Of a stretch of DNA of 64,000 nt, positions 25,740 through 38,879 are shown one piece after another. The notes below the pieces were generated by a model, which made no database searches, was not told the origin of the DNA, and saw nothing but the letters and a program-made list of their open reading frames with translations. Each line of letters opens with the position of its first letter. Positions within the stretch are counted from its first letter, which is position 1. The translations under genes were made by a program, and so were the position numbers. Source of the stretch: Malacoraja senta (lineage: Eukaryota); assembly GCA_038087875.1 (NCBI GenBank), contig JAXLNO010000065.1, positions 1 through 64,000 on the forward strand. Direction: 5' to 3'.

Positions 25740-27995
25740 GCCAGGGCTACAAACTGCAGGTGAGTTTCATAAGGACACAGTGAAAATCTTGAGAGATGTA
25801 TTAATTCACCACCAGAGATCTTTGAAAAGGACAAGCATGGCTTGTGCAAGCATGGCATGGGGAAACAATGACCGAAATGTATATTTGGCAAACTGCAGAA
25901 AGGTACAAATTTCCAGACCTTTTTAGTTTGGGATTTGCAGACTGGTGATTGAGAGAATTCAGATGAAACTATTTTGTGTCTCATGAATTTGATTCAGTTT
26001 TTTGAAGATGTAACCAAAAAGGATGATGATGGAAGGGCCATAGGCATAGCTCAGATGGAGTTCAGCAAAGCCTTTGATAAGGTTTAGCACTGTAGGTTGC
26101 TCCAGAATGTTAGATCGAATGGGATCCAAGGCAAGCTGGCTAAAAGCCCTGTCTCACAGTGCGAGCTGACCCACGAGATACCCCGAGTGAAAGACTCGTG
26201 GTTGTGTACGAGATTCCAAGTGTATGATCAAGAGTTTAACCGAGTTCCCACGGGTATGACTAAGTTTGCCGTTTACTTGTCATTTCTGCGATGTTCCAAG
26301 TTCCTCTCCCGAGTTACTCTTGAGCCAACCATGAATGAAGGTCTGTTTTAATAAGCAACAGTGTTAAAGAAGACATCTCCATCCTGCGGCTTTGAGTTAA
26401 AGATAGAATTCAGCATGGCCGCATCTATTGCATTTTGAACTTCTCCTTTTCCCAGAGAGATAAGGTCACCGCTTGAGTCGCGAGTGGAAAAGGGCACTTT
26501 TCTTCAATTACACAATTCAGAACAAGAACAAAGAACCCTCGCTATTCTCTCCGAGGGTTGGTGGGGATGGGGGTGGGGGGGTGGGTCATTTTTAAGCTAA
26601 ACAGGTACAACGAGCTACATAAGTGGTGTTTGGTCTCCAGGAATTCGGCTGGTTCGGTGACAAATATCCATTACAGACAAAAGTTGCGTAACCCTACCTC
26701 TCCACATTGTCGGCTCACCTGAAAACGGACAAAAGAGAAGCCGTTTCTGAACTTGTTCTGAAAGGTGTCCGTGGGAAAAGGTGTTACAAACGGTGAAGGC
26801 GGTACAATCGGCTTGTCGCGGAACAAACCAGTGCAGTTTCGGGGCACCCAGATCTCACTCCACCAACACACATATACAACTTTAAGCAATATCTCACTCA
26901 TTCTGCATCTCGTCCTTATCTGGGAAACAAATAGTCATTTTCTGCAGTGAACCGCCCGCGTCCAAGCAGCGAAAGGCTTCAATGCGGTTGGCATTGTGAA
27001 GATCTGAAATGAAGCTTTGCACGGTAGATAACATATAATTGCACGTTCCAATATTTGGAAAGCGATTAGGCAACATGTGAACATTATTAGAGCCGCCCGC
27101 ATGTCTATTTACTGAAGATGATCAGGGGGAAAAAATTCTCACAAAGGGAAATAGAAATAAAGACTTGCTCTGTATTACAGCGCTGTTCAGACTCAGGGTG
27201 GCCAAAACACCTAAATAACGCTACAACCGGTGGTATATGGAGGAAACAACATGTGGATACACGTGTATTAGTATGGAGGCGGTGGGTGTAAACTAAAATG
27301 CTACTCGGTAGATTTAAACTATTCCGAATAAAATTATTACTATCGGTAAGAACTTCGCTCTAATACGGAACTAATTAACGCTCGCTTTCCAGGAGCTGCA
27401 TGTATCTTTCATCTGTAAATGGTTGGTTAGTGCTTGTAACATGCATGTTTGATATACAAACCATATTTTGAGTTCAGTTTGGCCGTAAACCTTTGAGCAA
27501 GTACGCTGAAGTACAAGGGTAACTCCATTATATAAAATCCATTGTCCCTTCATTGCGAGGTTCAATAGAAACGTCATCCCGTCACCCATTCCTTCTCTCC
27601 AGAGATGCTGCCTGCCCGCTGAGTTAAAGAGTGCCCACGGTAGACTCACGAGTCAATAAGGTAAACTCACAGGCCACCACGTTCTTACAACGAGTTTAAA
27701 TGTTTCAATTTTTAACTTCAGTACATTTTACTCATGGAAAACTTTAAACATGTTTGAATTTTTTCAAGAGTTAACAAGTTTCACGGGTACCTGCCGTTAG
27801 CGCCACGAGTCGCTAAGTTGCGTCCACAAGTTCCGACGTTCCCGCTACGTTAATTGCACGTGATTACCACAAGTTAAATTTGTTTTAAACTCGGGGTACC
27901 TCGTGGGTCAACTCGCACCGTGAGACAGGGGTTAAACTGGATACAGAATTGGCTTTATGGTAGGAAGCAGAGGATAGTGGTGGAAGGTTGCTTGC
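25740..27995 (+). pseudogene. CR1 reverse transcriptase fragment split by a DNA transposon (pieces 25740-26144 and 27933-27995)
   Basis: CLMNLIQFFEDVTK...FSKAFDKV...GIQGKLA | NWIQNWLYGRKQRIVVEG. Confidence 0.75.
26145..27932. mobile_element. Non-autonomous PIF/Harbinger-like DNA transposon
   Basis: ~45-bp imperfect TIRs (agccctgtctcacagtgcgagctgacccacgag versus reverse complement acccctgtctcacggtgcgagttgacccacgag) and a TAA-like 3-bp target. It cleanly interrupts the CR1. Confidence 0.75.
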
Positions 27996-29056
27996 CCATA
28001 CCCAGAGCACATTCCACTCACTGATCTTTCTATGAAGGAAAATTATAAACTCAGGGAAGCATGGAGTAGTATAGCACAGAATCAAGCCCTTTGGCCCATC
28101 TAGTCCATACCGACGATCAACCATTAATTTAGACTGATACTACACTATTTCCAGTTTATTCTCCCCACATTTCCATTAATTCACTGCAGATTCTACCACT
28201 CATCTATGCCCTCGGACCACGTTACAGTGGCCATTTAACCAATCAACCCATAAGCCTTTGGGGTGTGGGTGGAAACCGGAGCACCAGGGGAAACCCATGC
28301 AGTCTCAAGGAAAACATGCAAACCTCACACAACTGGCACCTGAGACGAGGATTGACGTGGATGGGTGAGGAGAGGGAGGTTGGTTCGTGAGCTGATCCAG
28401 TGGAAGGCGACAGAGGAAGACCCAGCAGGAGCCGCTCCACAAGACAGAGGATGCGGGCGGACTGGACTTTGGATTTTGGAAAAGACACCAAAGCATGGTG
28501 GCACCTAAAAATAATTTCACTGTGCAGTCGCACAGATGACAAATAAAGCACCAAGGAACTATTGAATCATTGAATCTGAGTCACTGGAGCTGTGAGGCAG
28601 CAGCTCTAACAGCTGCATCACTGTGCTGCCCCTTACAATATCTCTGAACTAGCCTTGTCCCACTTTTGCCCATGGCCTTTGCCCACTGGGCACGTCTTAC
28701 TTAATATGGGTGCCCCCAATTAACCTTCAAAGAAAATTTAAAAAAAATTAAAATTCTTGAAACCTGAAATAAAAACAAAAAATGCTGGAAATCCTCAGCA
28801 GGACAGGCAGCATCGATGGAGAGAGAAGCTGAGTTAATGTTCCAGGTCAAAGACCCTTTGTTGGAGCTACTAGCTCATGGTTGACCCTTCCTGTTCTACC
28901 TTGTGGATGGTTGCACTAGCAAAAATTACAGGCCGATTCCCATCTTTACGTGCAAAGAAGAGCTTGTGCATCACAGCAAGAATATTGAAATTAGGGGAAG
29001 AATTTAGCGCACGAAAAAAATTGTGCCGATTTTTTTTTTTGTCTACAGAAATAGTG

Positions 29057-29366
29057 GGCAACACGTGGCGCAGCAGTAGAGTTGCTGCCTTACGGCGCCA
29101 GAGACCTGGATTCGATCCTGACCACTGGTGCTGTCTGTATGGAGTTGGTATCTTTTCCTTGTGACCGCGTGGGTTGTCCCCGGGTGCTTCCCTTTCCTGC
29201 CACATTCCAAAGACATGCAGGTTTGTAGGTTAATTGGCTACGGTAAAGATTGTAAATTGTCCCCAGTGTGTAAGGTAGTGCCAGTGTGCAGGGATCGCTG
29301 GTCGGTACAGACTCAGTGGACCGAAGGGCCTGTTTCCACGCTGTATCTCTAAAACTAAAACTAAAA
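29057..29366 (+). mobile_element. V-SINE copy
   Basis: Full structure with (aaacta)n tail. Confidence 0.85.
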
Positions 29367-29892
29367 ATTAATCAAAGGGTTAAACTGGTGCCTAAACCTT
29401 CCATCATCAATGACCTTCCAGTGAGATGAATTGCTAACTGATTGGCTGAACCATGCAGAGCTTGATGTTTTTTTTTATTGAATAAACATTAATAAGACCA
29501 TTCTTCAATTTGGCAGCAGTGGAGTCAGGGTCAATGGGTTCTCGCAGTGCTGTGGAAGAACGCTGACTCAGCAATGTGCTCTCCCACGGTCACATTCTGA
29601 TTCATGAACTTTCATTGACAAAAAAAACACAGGGACTTCAGCTGTGTGAAGATTTACACTCAGAGTTATTGCTTTTATTCGCAAAGTTGGAGCTAAATCT
29701 TGTTATAAACCTGGGGAAAGTGCCATCTCATTCTGACCTCACGTTGCATTAAAAGCTCCATCTCCCTCCCCACCCTATCCGCCCTGCCACACATCAATTC
29801 CATGCCTCCATTTAAGAGTTCTCATCCTTGACCTGAATGTTTTTAAATTAATTCACGGGATGTGGCCTATGCAGGCTGAGCCAGCATTTAGA

Positions 29893-30197
29893 GTGGCACA
29901 ATGGCACAGCGGTAAAGTTGCTGCCTTATAGCGCCAGAGACCCAGGTTTGATTTTGACCATGAGTGCTGTCTATACGGAATTTGCACATTTTCCCTGACT
30001 GAATGAGCTTTCTCCAGGTGCTCCAGTTTCCTCCCATGCTCCACAGACGTACAGGTTTGTAGGTTAGTTGGTTTCTGCAAATTGTAAATTGTCCCCACTG
30101 TGCAGGATGTGTGAATGGGTGATCGCAGGTCAGCGCAGACTCTGTGGGCCAAAGGGCCTGTTTTCATGCTGTATCTCGCAACTAAACTAAATCTAAA
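29893..30197 (+). mobile_element. V-SINE copy
   Basis: Full structure. Confidence 0.8.
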
Positions 30198-30315
30198 TGA
30201 GGCCTCTAATTGACCTTGAGGTACCGATGAGCTGTATTCTTGAACTGCAGCAAGCCTCGAGGCGTGGGTCTACCCACAATGTTGTTAGGGAGGGAGTTCA
30301 GGATCTTGACTCGTA

Positions 30316-31345
30316 GATAGATAGATAGATAGATACATAGACAATAGGTGCAAGAGTAGGCCATTCGGGCCAGCACTGCCATTCAATGTGATCTACAATC
30401 AGTAGCCCGTTCCTGCCTTCACCCCAAACCCCTTGATTCCGCTAGCTCCAAGAGCTCTATCTAACTCTCTTTTGAATGCATCCAGTGAATTGGCCTCCAC
30501 TGCCTTCTGAGGCAGAGAATTCCACAAATTCACAACTGTGTTTGAAAAAGTTTTTCCTCATCTCAGTTCTAAATGGCCTACCACTTATTCTTAAACTGTG
30601 GCCCCTGGTTCTGGACTCCCACAACATCGGGAACACGCTTCCTGCATCTAGCGTGTCCAATCCCTTAATAATTTTATATGTTACTATGATCCCCTCTCAT
30701 CCTTCTAAAGCCCAGTCTTTCATCATATGACAGTGACATATGACAGTATTCTTTTATCATATGACAGTCCCGCCATCCCGGGAATTAACCTTGTGAACCT
30801 AAGCTGTACTCCCTCAATAGCAAGAATGTCCTTCCTCAAATTAGCAGACCAAAACTGCACACAATACTCCAGGTGTGGTCTCACCAGAGTCATGTACAAT
30901 TGCAGAAGGACCTCTTTGCTCCTATACTCAACTCCTCTTGTTATGAAGGTTAACATGCCATTAGCTTTCTTCACTGTCTGCTGTACTTCAAGTGACTGAT
31001 ATACTTGGACACCCAGGTCTCGTTTATTTCCCCTTTTCCCAACCTGACATCTTTCAGATAATAATCTGCCTTCCCGTTCCTGCCTCCAAAGTGGATAACC
31101 GCACATTTATCCACATTATACTGCATCTGCCATTCATCTGCCCACTCACCCAACCTGTCCAAGTCACCCTGCATTCTCTTAGCATCCTCCTCACAGTTCA
31201 CACTGCCACCCAGCTTTGTGTCATCTGCAAATTTGCTATTGTTATTTTTAATTCCTTCACCTAAATCATTAACGTATATTGTAAATAGCTGCGGTCCCAG
31301 CACCGGGCCCTGCGGCACCCCACTACTCACTGCCTGCCATTCTGA
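30316..31345 (-). mobile_element. CR1 LINE 3' ~1 kb with reverse transcriptase C-terminal region
   Basis: SGVPQGPVLGPQLFTIYVNDL...SKFADDTKLGG...WQMQYNVDKC; RPHLEYCVQFWS. Confidence 0.9.
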
Positions 31346-31807
31346 AAGTTACATCCTCAAAAATGTAAAAAGTTTTTTAAAAAACAGCGATGATGAAGGA
31401 ACGACAATGAATTTCCAAGTCAGGATGGTGCGTGACTTGGAGGGCAACTCCCAAGTCATGGTGTTTCCCATGCTTTTGGCTGCCCTGGGCCTTCCAGCTG
31501 GTAGAGGTACGTGGTTTGAAAGGTGCGCATGGAAGTGCAGTGCTGCAGAGCTGCTGCAATGCAACTTGTAGATGATACAAACTCCTGCTACTGTGGTTGA
31601 GAGCATGAATAGTTGTGCACGGAGTGCCTATCAAGAGGGCTGCCATGTCTTGAGTGGTGTTGAGCTTCAAGTTTTGTTGAAGCCAAACGCATATATTTTG
31701 TTGTGGCCACTTTCTCCAGCATAGTGTGCCTCCACCTCTGGCCCCTTGTAACAGCCCTGACTTCCCCTACCCCACCATTATCTATGTCCTATATCTATGT
31801 CCTACAT

Positions 31808-32147
31808 CTTTGGCAGATTACAACCCAGCAGTATGAATATTAATTTGTCTAATTTCAAGTAACCCTTGCTCTCTCTCCATTCCTCCCCTCACGCACATTA
31901 TCCTGCCAGTTTCACTGTTCGTATTCCTTCGTGATCACCTCTTCCACAGCAAACAATGGACCATTGTGGGCTCCACCTTTCCTTGGTCATTGTTGCTGGC
32001 TCTGATTTGTTTTGAACCTTTTCATACCTCTAGTTTCCCTCCCCCCTGACTCTCAATCTGGTCTCGACCCGAAATGTCACCTATTCCTTTTCTCCGGAGA
32101 TGCTGCCTGGCCCACGGAGTTACTGCAGCATTTTGTGTCGATCTTCT
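31808..32147 (+). mobile_element. Degraded Penelope 3' end
   Basis: Encodes GRLQPSSMNINLSNFK*, then a partial pLTR motif (ggtctcgacccgaaatgtc). Confidence 0.6.
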
Positions 32148-32749
32148 GTGCTTGTCTATGTCCACCCACCTTAGTCCTTCGCATCTCTCCCATCCCCTTT
32201 AAGACAGTCCTTGGAACTTACCTCTGAACTTGGTCTGACATCTCCCTGCCAACACGTATCGGCTGTGATCCCACGCTAACACTCCTGTGAGGCACTTCCG
32301 GCCCTTTCACTGTGTTGACTGACTGCTCTGGAAGTTGTTGTTGTAGCCAATGGGCCCCCGCTGACAAGTGCTGTGTGACACCCAGATCTGACACCCAGAG
32401 ACTACTCCTTATTGACTGCCAGATGCGATTAGTGTCAAAATCTTTCCAAGGCTTCCGGGAACTGTTATGTTTGTCCACAGCCTGCTAGTTATTTCCTCTC
32501 CCTCTCCGCAAGTCACTTGGGTGTGGAGACGAACACTGCCATTGACACGGCAATCGTTGCTGCTTTAGAATTGCTTTGACAGCTCAACATACAGATGGCA
32601 CAGAGGTAAGCTGGACCTGCGCCTTCGGGGACATTGGGTGAAGGTGGCACATCCAAAGTTTGAACCTTGCTGGGATCGAAGGTGTCATGTCACCGTGTCA
32701 GCCTGCTGGATGAAGACATTGACAAGATGCATTGTGTTACTGTGGCACA

Positions 32750-33805
32750 GACAATAAACAATAGACAATAGGTGCAGGAGTAGGCCATTCGGCCCTTCGA
32801 GCCAGCACCACCATTCAATGTGATCATGGCTGATCATCCACAATCAGTACCCCGTTCTTGCCTTCTCCCCCATATCCCCTAACTCTGCTATCCCTAAGAG
32901 CTCTATCTAACTCTCTCTTGAAAGCATCCAGAGAACCAGCCTCCACCGCCCTCTTAGGCAGAGAATTCCACACACTCACAACTCTCTGTGTGAAAAAGTG
33001 TTTCCTCATCTCTATTCTAAATGGCTTACCACTTATTCTTAAACTATGGCCCCTGGTTCTGAACTCCCCCAACATTGGGAACATGTTTCCTGCCTCTAGC
33101 ATGTCCAAACCCTTAATAATCTTATATGTTTCCATAAGATATCCTCTCATCCTTCTAAATTCCAGAGTATACAAGCCCAGCCATACTAATCTATCAACAT
33201 ATGACACTCCCGCCATCCCGGGAATTAACCTCATGAACCTACGCTGCACTCCCTCAATAGCAAGAATGTCCTTCCTCAAGTTTGGAGACCAAAACTGCAC
33301 ACAATACTCCAGGTGTGGTCTCACTAGGGCCCTGTACAACTGAAGGAGGACCTCTTTGCTCCTATACTCAACTCCTCTTGTTATGAAGGTCAACATATGT
33401 CGGGACGACATGTCGCGCAATGGGCTAAGTGTTCGGCTGGCAACCGGAAGGTAGCCGGTTCGAATCCCGCTTGGAGTGCATACTGTAGTTGTGTCCTTGG
33501 GCAAGACACTTCACCCACCTTTGCCTGCGTGTGAATGTGTGTGAATGTGTGTGAGTGATTGGTGGTGGTCGGAGGGGCCATAGGCGCAGATTAGCAGCCA
33601 CGCTTCCGTCAGTCTGCCCCAGGGCAGCTGTGGCTACAGAAGTAGCTCACCACCACCGAGTGTGACTGAGGAGTGAATGAATAATGCGATGTAAAGCGCC
33701 TTGAGTATTAGAAAGGCGCTATATAAATCCCATCCATTATTATTATTATTATTAACATGCCATTAGCTTTCTACACTGCCTGCTGTACCTGCATGCTTAC
33801 TTTTA
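32750..33805 (-). mobile_element. CR1 LINE 3' end interrupted by a SINE
   Basis: ORF 32824-33396 encodes LYRALVRPHLEYCVQFWSP...FFTQRVVSVWNSLP; (caataga)n-like tail. Confidence 0.9.
33397..33753 (+). mobile_element. tRNA-derived CORE-type SINE with an L2-like tail
   Basis: A box tcgcgcaatgg, B box ggttcgaatcc, CORE-like gtgtccttgggcaagacacttcaccc, tail tgtaaagcgccttgag..aaaggcgctatataaat plus (att)n. TSD aacat at 33392-33396 and 33754-33758. Confidence 0.85.
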
Positions 33806-33844
33806 GCTAGCACAAAGTTCCACAAATATCGCACCCAGGTAAGA

Positions 33845-34060
33845 CTCCCTGTACGGAGTTTGCACGTTCTCCCCGTGACCGCATGGGTTTTCACCGGGTG
33901 TTCCGGTTGCTTCCCACACTCCAAAGATGTGCGGCTTTGTAGGTTAATTTGCTTCGGCAAATTGTAAATTGTCCCTAGTGTGTAGGATAGTGCTAGTGTA
34001 TGGGGGATCGCTGGTCGGTATTCCGATGGGCCTGTTTGAGTGCTGTATTTCTAAAGTCTA
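33845..34060 (+). mobile_element. 5'-truncated V-SINE
   Basis: V-domain and tail only. Confidence 0.75.
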
Positions 34061-36156
34061 AAAAGAACATTGATCGAAGATGGAATTGATGTAAAGGGCC
34101 CTGATGCTAAATCCAACAGCTTCAATGTGGCCAAACACAAAGCACTGGAGGAACCCAGTGGGTCAGGCAGCATCTGTGGGAAGCAATGGACAGACATTGT
34201 TTCAGGCCAGGACTCTTCTGCAGACTGACAGGGGGGGGAGAAGAAAATTGGAAAAGAGAGGTTGGGGGCCAAATCCTGGCAAGTGATAGGTGGATGGGGG
34301 GAACAGCGAGAGAAGGTCTCTGTGAACTGTCAGAGAGGAGGAGAACTTCTTCAAAGGAGCACATTGTATTTACAGTATTCATTGTAGGCTCTGTACCTGG
34401 GATATCATTGCACTAATAATGCACTGGGTGTTGCCAGCATTTGATCATGATAGCAGTGTTGTATGAACATTGTACAAAAGAGCCACTGAGCAGTAAAGGC
34501 CTGCGCTCCAGTGTCCCATCCCTGATGCGGGCAGGCATACGGCAGTGGAGTTACGGCAGCTGTGCATTGTGGTGTTAACCGTGAACGGCAGAGCATTCTA
34601 AACATGAAGGCTTTTCAGATGCTGATGTTTCCATTAATTGTATTGTTATTATTATTGTGTGGGACTTTGGTTAGTTAGTTTAATTTTGGTTCCTACCGGC
34701 AATTGTTGTATTGGGGTCTTAGCACACAAAGTCCCCTGATGGACATGTGGTTCAATGGTTCTTTATTAACACATGGACAGAGAAATTCCTTTTTTGCATA
34801 CACTTCAGACCATATACAAGAGTCGCCAGGTTTCGGTGCCCTCTTCAAAGTCCAAGCTGCAGTTGGCCATAAAGGCCAGTTGGCCGTGTTGCAGGGTCGG
34901 CCTGGCCAATCTAAGCTGTAGGTGTCCTCCACCGCTGCTCCACCACTCGGCACCACTGCAGGCCACTCAATCTCCTGGAGACTGCGTGTTGAGTCTGGAT
35001 TGCGAGCGATTAAAGAAAAGTAAAGAACCTAAGTGTAGCCGGATTATTACCAACAGCCCAGAGTCAATGGAGTATTCAACGGCAAAACATAGGGTTAAAT
35101 TAACAATAGTTAGTGTTGTACCGTCGCATTGAACTGAGGTGTAACAGTGCTCACAAGATAGCGCAGCATTCAAGGAAAACAATGTTACATCAACGTACTA
35201 CCCGATGGAACAGGGTCTGCAGGGCAGGGGCAGAAGTCCAATAACACAAAAAGCACCTCTTCATGCATTTGCAGTTTTTCTGAGCATCAGCGGGATTACA
35301 CAGAACCATCCTCAAAGATCACACTGATAAGAGCAGTATATAAAAATCAATACTGACCAATGTTATATGTGAGAACTACTGAGAATACCAAATGAAATTC
35401 AATTTCATTGTCAATCTTTAGCATTTGCCACTCATTGCTTTACTTTCTTGCTTCATCAGCTTTCCCCATTCAGAAACTGCGAGGATGTATCTGGGACTGT
35501 CACCCCTTTACTCTGTTCTTGCCCCCTCACTCCTCACTTGTTTAATTACCTTGGATGTCATTCCATCACTTTATAGGTGTGCACCTTACTAAGTTAACCC
35601 ATTGATTTACTCATTTGATTGCTCTTCACTCTCCCCTCTTGCTGGTTATTTTCTTCAGCCTAACCAAGTAATTCGTCCTGGCCAGTGATTTTGCTCTCCG
35701 TGTGAAGAATCTCTTGTCCTTGATCCATGACTTTGGGCCGTAGACTCTGGCCTGTTTGTCTTCGACCCCAGATGCAGAAGACTTTGATGTCTTCAGTCCT
35801 GCCCCCTATGAACTGCTGGCTAAAGATTCACTATTTGCCATTATCGGAGCTTTCGCTCTGAGCTGTTCAGAGATAAATTAAACTGCACAGCAATGAAGCA
35901 GGTGAAGGAGGAAATGGACAGGATATCTAATTAGCAAGCAGGTATTCATTATTCATAGCCGGGGATCAGTTGTGTTTTCTGTACGGCTTTCAGAATGTTT
36001 ATCAGACAGCTTCCTGACAATAATTGCATTTGTGATTTTCCTATTGATCGTGCATTTTGCAGCCTTTGGATGTTGCCAAGTGAACATAATCCAGGAAACC
36101 TTTGTTGTCTGGGGAGCCCTTTAGGTTCTCACAGCTCCTCAGAATCATCCCCTCCT

Positions 36157-36442
36157 TTTAGATTTTAGAGGTACAGAGCAAAAACAGGCTATTCGGCCCA
36201 CCGAGTCCATGCCAACCAGCGATCCCCGTGCACCAACACTATCCTACACACACTAGGGACAATGTACATTTTTTTTTAAACTGAAGTCAATTAACCTACA
36301 AAGTATACGTCTTTGGAGTGTGGGAGGTAACCAGAGCTCCCAGAGAAAACCCACGTGGTCACTGGGAGAACGTACAAACTCCGTACAGACAGCACACGTA
36401 GTCAGGAACAAACCCGGGTCTCTTGTGCTGTAAGGCAGCAGT
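36157..36442 (-). mobile_element. V-SINE copy
   Basis: Tail, V-domain and B box. Confidence 0.85.
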
Positions 36443-36959
36443 CCTGCTGGGGTGGGGGGGGGGGGGGGGGGAGTAGAAAAGAGTAGTTGGTGGAAGCAGA
36501 CACAATAGTGGTATTTAAGAGGCATTAGACAGGCAGAAGAACCTGCAGGGAATGGAGGGATATGAATCATGCACAGACATGATGGGGTTAGTTTAATTTG
36601 GCATCATGTTTGGCATAGACATTCTGGGCAGACAGGTTTTTTCCTGTACTGTACTGTTCCGTATTCTATAATACACAAAAGAAGAGGAAGAAATCCACAA
36701 TCAATCTTCCTTTTTTCAATAGTACTTCTCTCACACAGGCCTTAATTACAGTTGACTGTAAACACTGAGGAAGAATATCACAAGACGACCTGCACCATCT
36801 GTCTTCTGTGGAAATCCCACAAACAGTTTCCTTGTGGAAGTAACGTGACTGAGAATCTCAGAACGCAAGTCTTTAACAAAAATGATTAAGGACAACAAAT
36901 TCAAGAAGTTAAATTACTTTAAAAATGAGCTTGCTGGAAACACTGTGCTGTCAACTAAT

Positions 36960-37500
36960 TATAGAGTCATAGAGTCAGAGTCACAGCATGAAAACAGACC
37001 CTTCAGCCCAACTTTCCCACACTAAATAACATGTCCCATCTATGTTAGACACAAAATGCTGCAGTAACTCAGCAGGACAGGCAGCATCTCTGGATAGAAG
37101 GAATGGGTGATGTTTCAGGTCAAGGCCCTTCTTCAGAAATACTCCAACATTTTGTGTCTATCTTCAGTATAAACCAGCATTTGCATTTCCTTCCTACATG
37201 AGTCTCATCTGCCTGCGTTTGGTCCATATCCCTCTAAACCTATTCTATCCATGTACCTGTCAAAATGTTTCTTAAACATTGTGCTAGTACCTGCCTCAAC
37301 TACCTCCTCCGGCAGCTGGATCCATATACCCACTGTTCTGTGTAAAAAAAAGTTGGTCCTTAAGTTTCTAATAAATCTTTCCCCTCTCACCTTTACCCAT
37401 GTTCTCTGGTTCTCGATTCCCCTCTGCTCTGGATAAAAAACTGCATTTGCCCTATCTATTCCTCTCATGATGTTACACATCTCTATAAGGTCATCCCTTA
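36960..37500 (-). mobile_element. CR1 3' end with an inserted Penelope-derived unit (about 37047-37199)
   Basis: Encodes DLIEMCNIMRGIDR...LPEEVVEAG; (atagagtc)n tail. Confidence 0.75.
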
Positions 37501-38879
37501 TGATATCACATATGACATGGACATTATGGGCCAAAGAGCCCTGTTTCTGAGCAATACTGTTCTATTTGGCAACATGAAATAGACATTTCATCTGTAATGA
37601 GGTGCCACCATTCCAACGAGACACTAAGACACACAAGAAGTATCCTAATCCGAAATGTCTTCCATTACAAGAAGACACACATGAGAAGTATCCTAATCCG
37701 AAGGGTCTTCCTTAGCTGGCACCCCTTTGTCTCCATTTCACCTCTAGGCCTCATTACTATCTCTAACCTGCCCTCAGCCCTCTTCACCTCTATCCACCCA
37801 TCACTCGCCAACTTTTGTCCCACCCCTTCCTCTCATCTCTCCTTACCAATTTTTTCCCGTCTACCTCAATCAGTCTGGAGAGGGGTCCCAACCCGAAATG
37901 TTGTCTGTCCATTTCCCTCATCAGGTACTGCCTGACCCGCCAAGTTCCTCCGGCAAGTTGTTTCTTTGCTCCCATTGTGAGCAGTCTCTTCTATGTCCAG
38001 ACACACAAGAAAGTTCTCTCCAATGTCTGGGCAAATATTTAACCCCCAATGACCATCATCTTTTTATCTTATTATTTTATCACCTCGTTGCTTTTTCGGG
38101 GACCGAACACTTATCATCCGCCTTGTTTCCTTCATCACAACAGTACGACAGAGACAGCGAGATACATTGCAGCAAGCATGGCTGTGAAAGCCATTTATAA
38201 ACACAATCTTTGTTGCATAACACTTTCCCCCCCCCCCCCCTCACCCACCGCAGTTGCTAGCAATGGTTAACGTTCATGTGGAGAATGACAGGATCCAAAT
38301 AATACAAGACACCCATACAGGGAAGAAAAAAAATTGCTGCAGATTTAAACAAGCATTTTGACGTCGGCTTTGGCGAAAGCGGAGGTAAAAGGCAGACGAC
38401 AGCTTTAATTTCTGTCAGGGACTCATTTACAAAAATTCCTGTGCAAAAAATAAATGATTGACTGCAGGTGGAATCAGATAGGATTTTAACAGGTTATTCT
38501 CCTCAGTACTAACCCCTCCTGTCACCGCAGCTGTCAGCTAGTCGACGCTGATAATGAAAGGAAAAATATTATATTCAGATTTATTAATTGTAAATTAAGC
38601 GTGTCTGCCAAGTTGAGGACAGCTCCCTGCGATCTGTCAATGTTGAGGCACATGTTGTGGGCTTCAGGAGCCATTTGTCTTGTTGTGTCTGACAGCAGTG
38701 GCTTCTCTCAGCTACAAGCGCAGACTGTCCTGGGAGTTTACAGCTGGAATACACGTCGATAGACAAGCCACACCATGGTTTAGCAATCCACAAGATCTCT
38801 GGCCGTGGTTCATGTGAAGAGGATGCAGATCAAAGTGAGGAGGTTGTGAAGGGTGGGGAGTATTCAGGCTAGTCCTCTT

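Noticed and set aside
33402..33475. tRNA gene (also the heads of the V-SINEs)
   Set aside because: A and B boxes are present but run directly into SINE bodies; I could not build a convincing cloverleaf.
32824..33504. 226-aa ORF as a host gene
   Set aside because: It is the CR1 ORF2 C-terminus with an N-terminus read from the antisense strand of the inserted SINE.
37626..37711. ~45-bp tandem duplication (aagacacac...gaagtatcctaatccgaa)
   Set aside because: A simple two-copy local duplication with no further structure.
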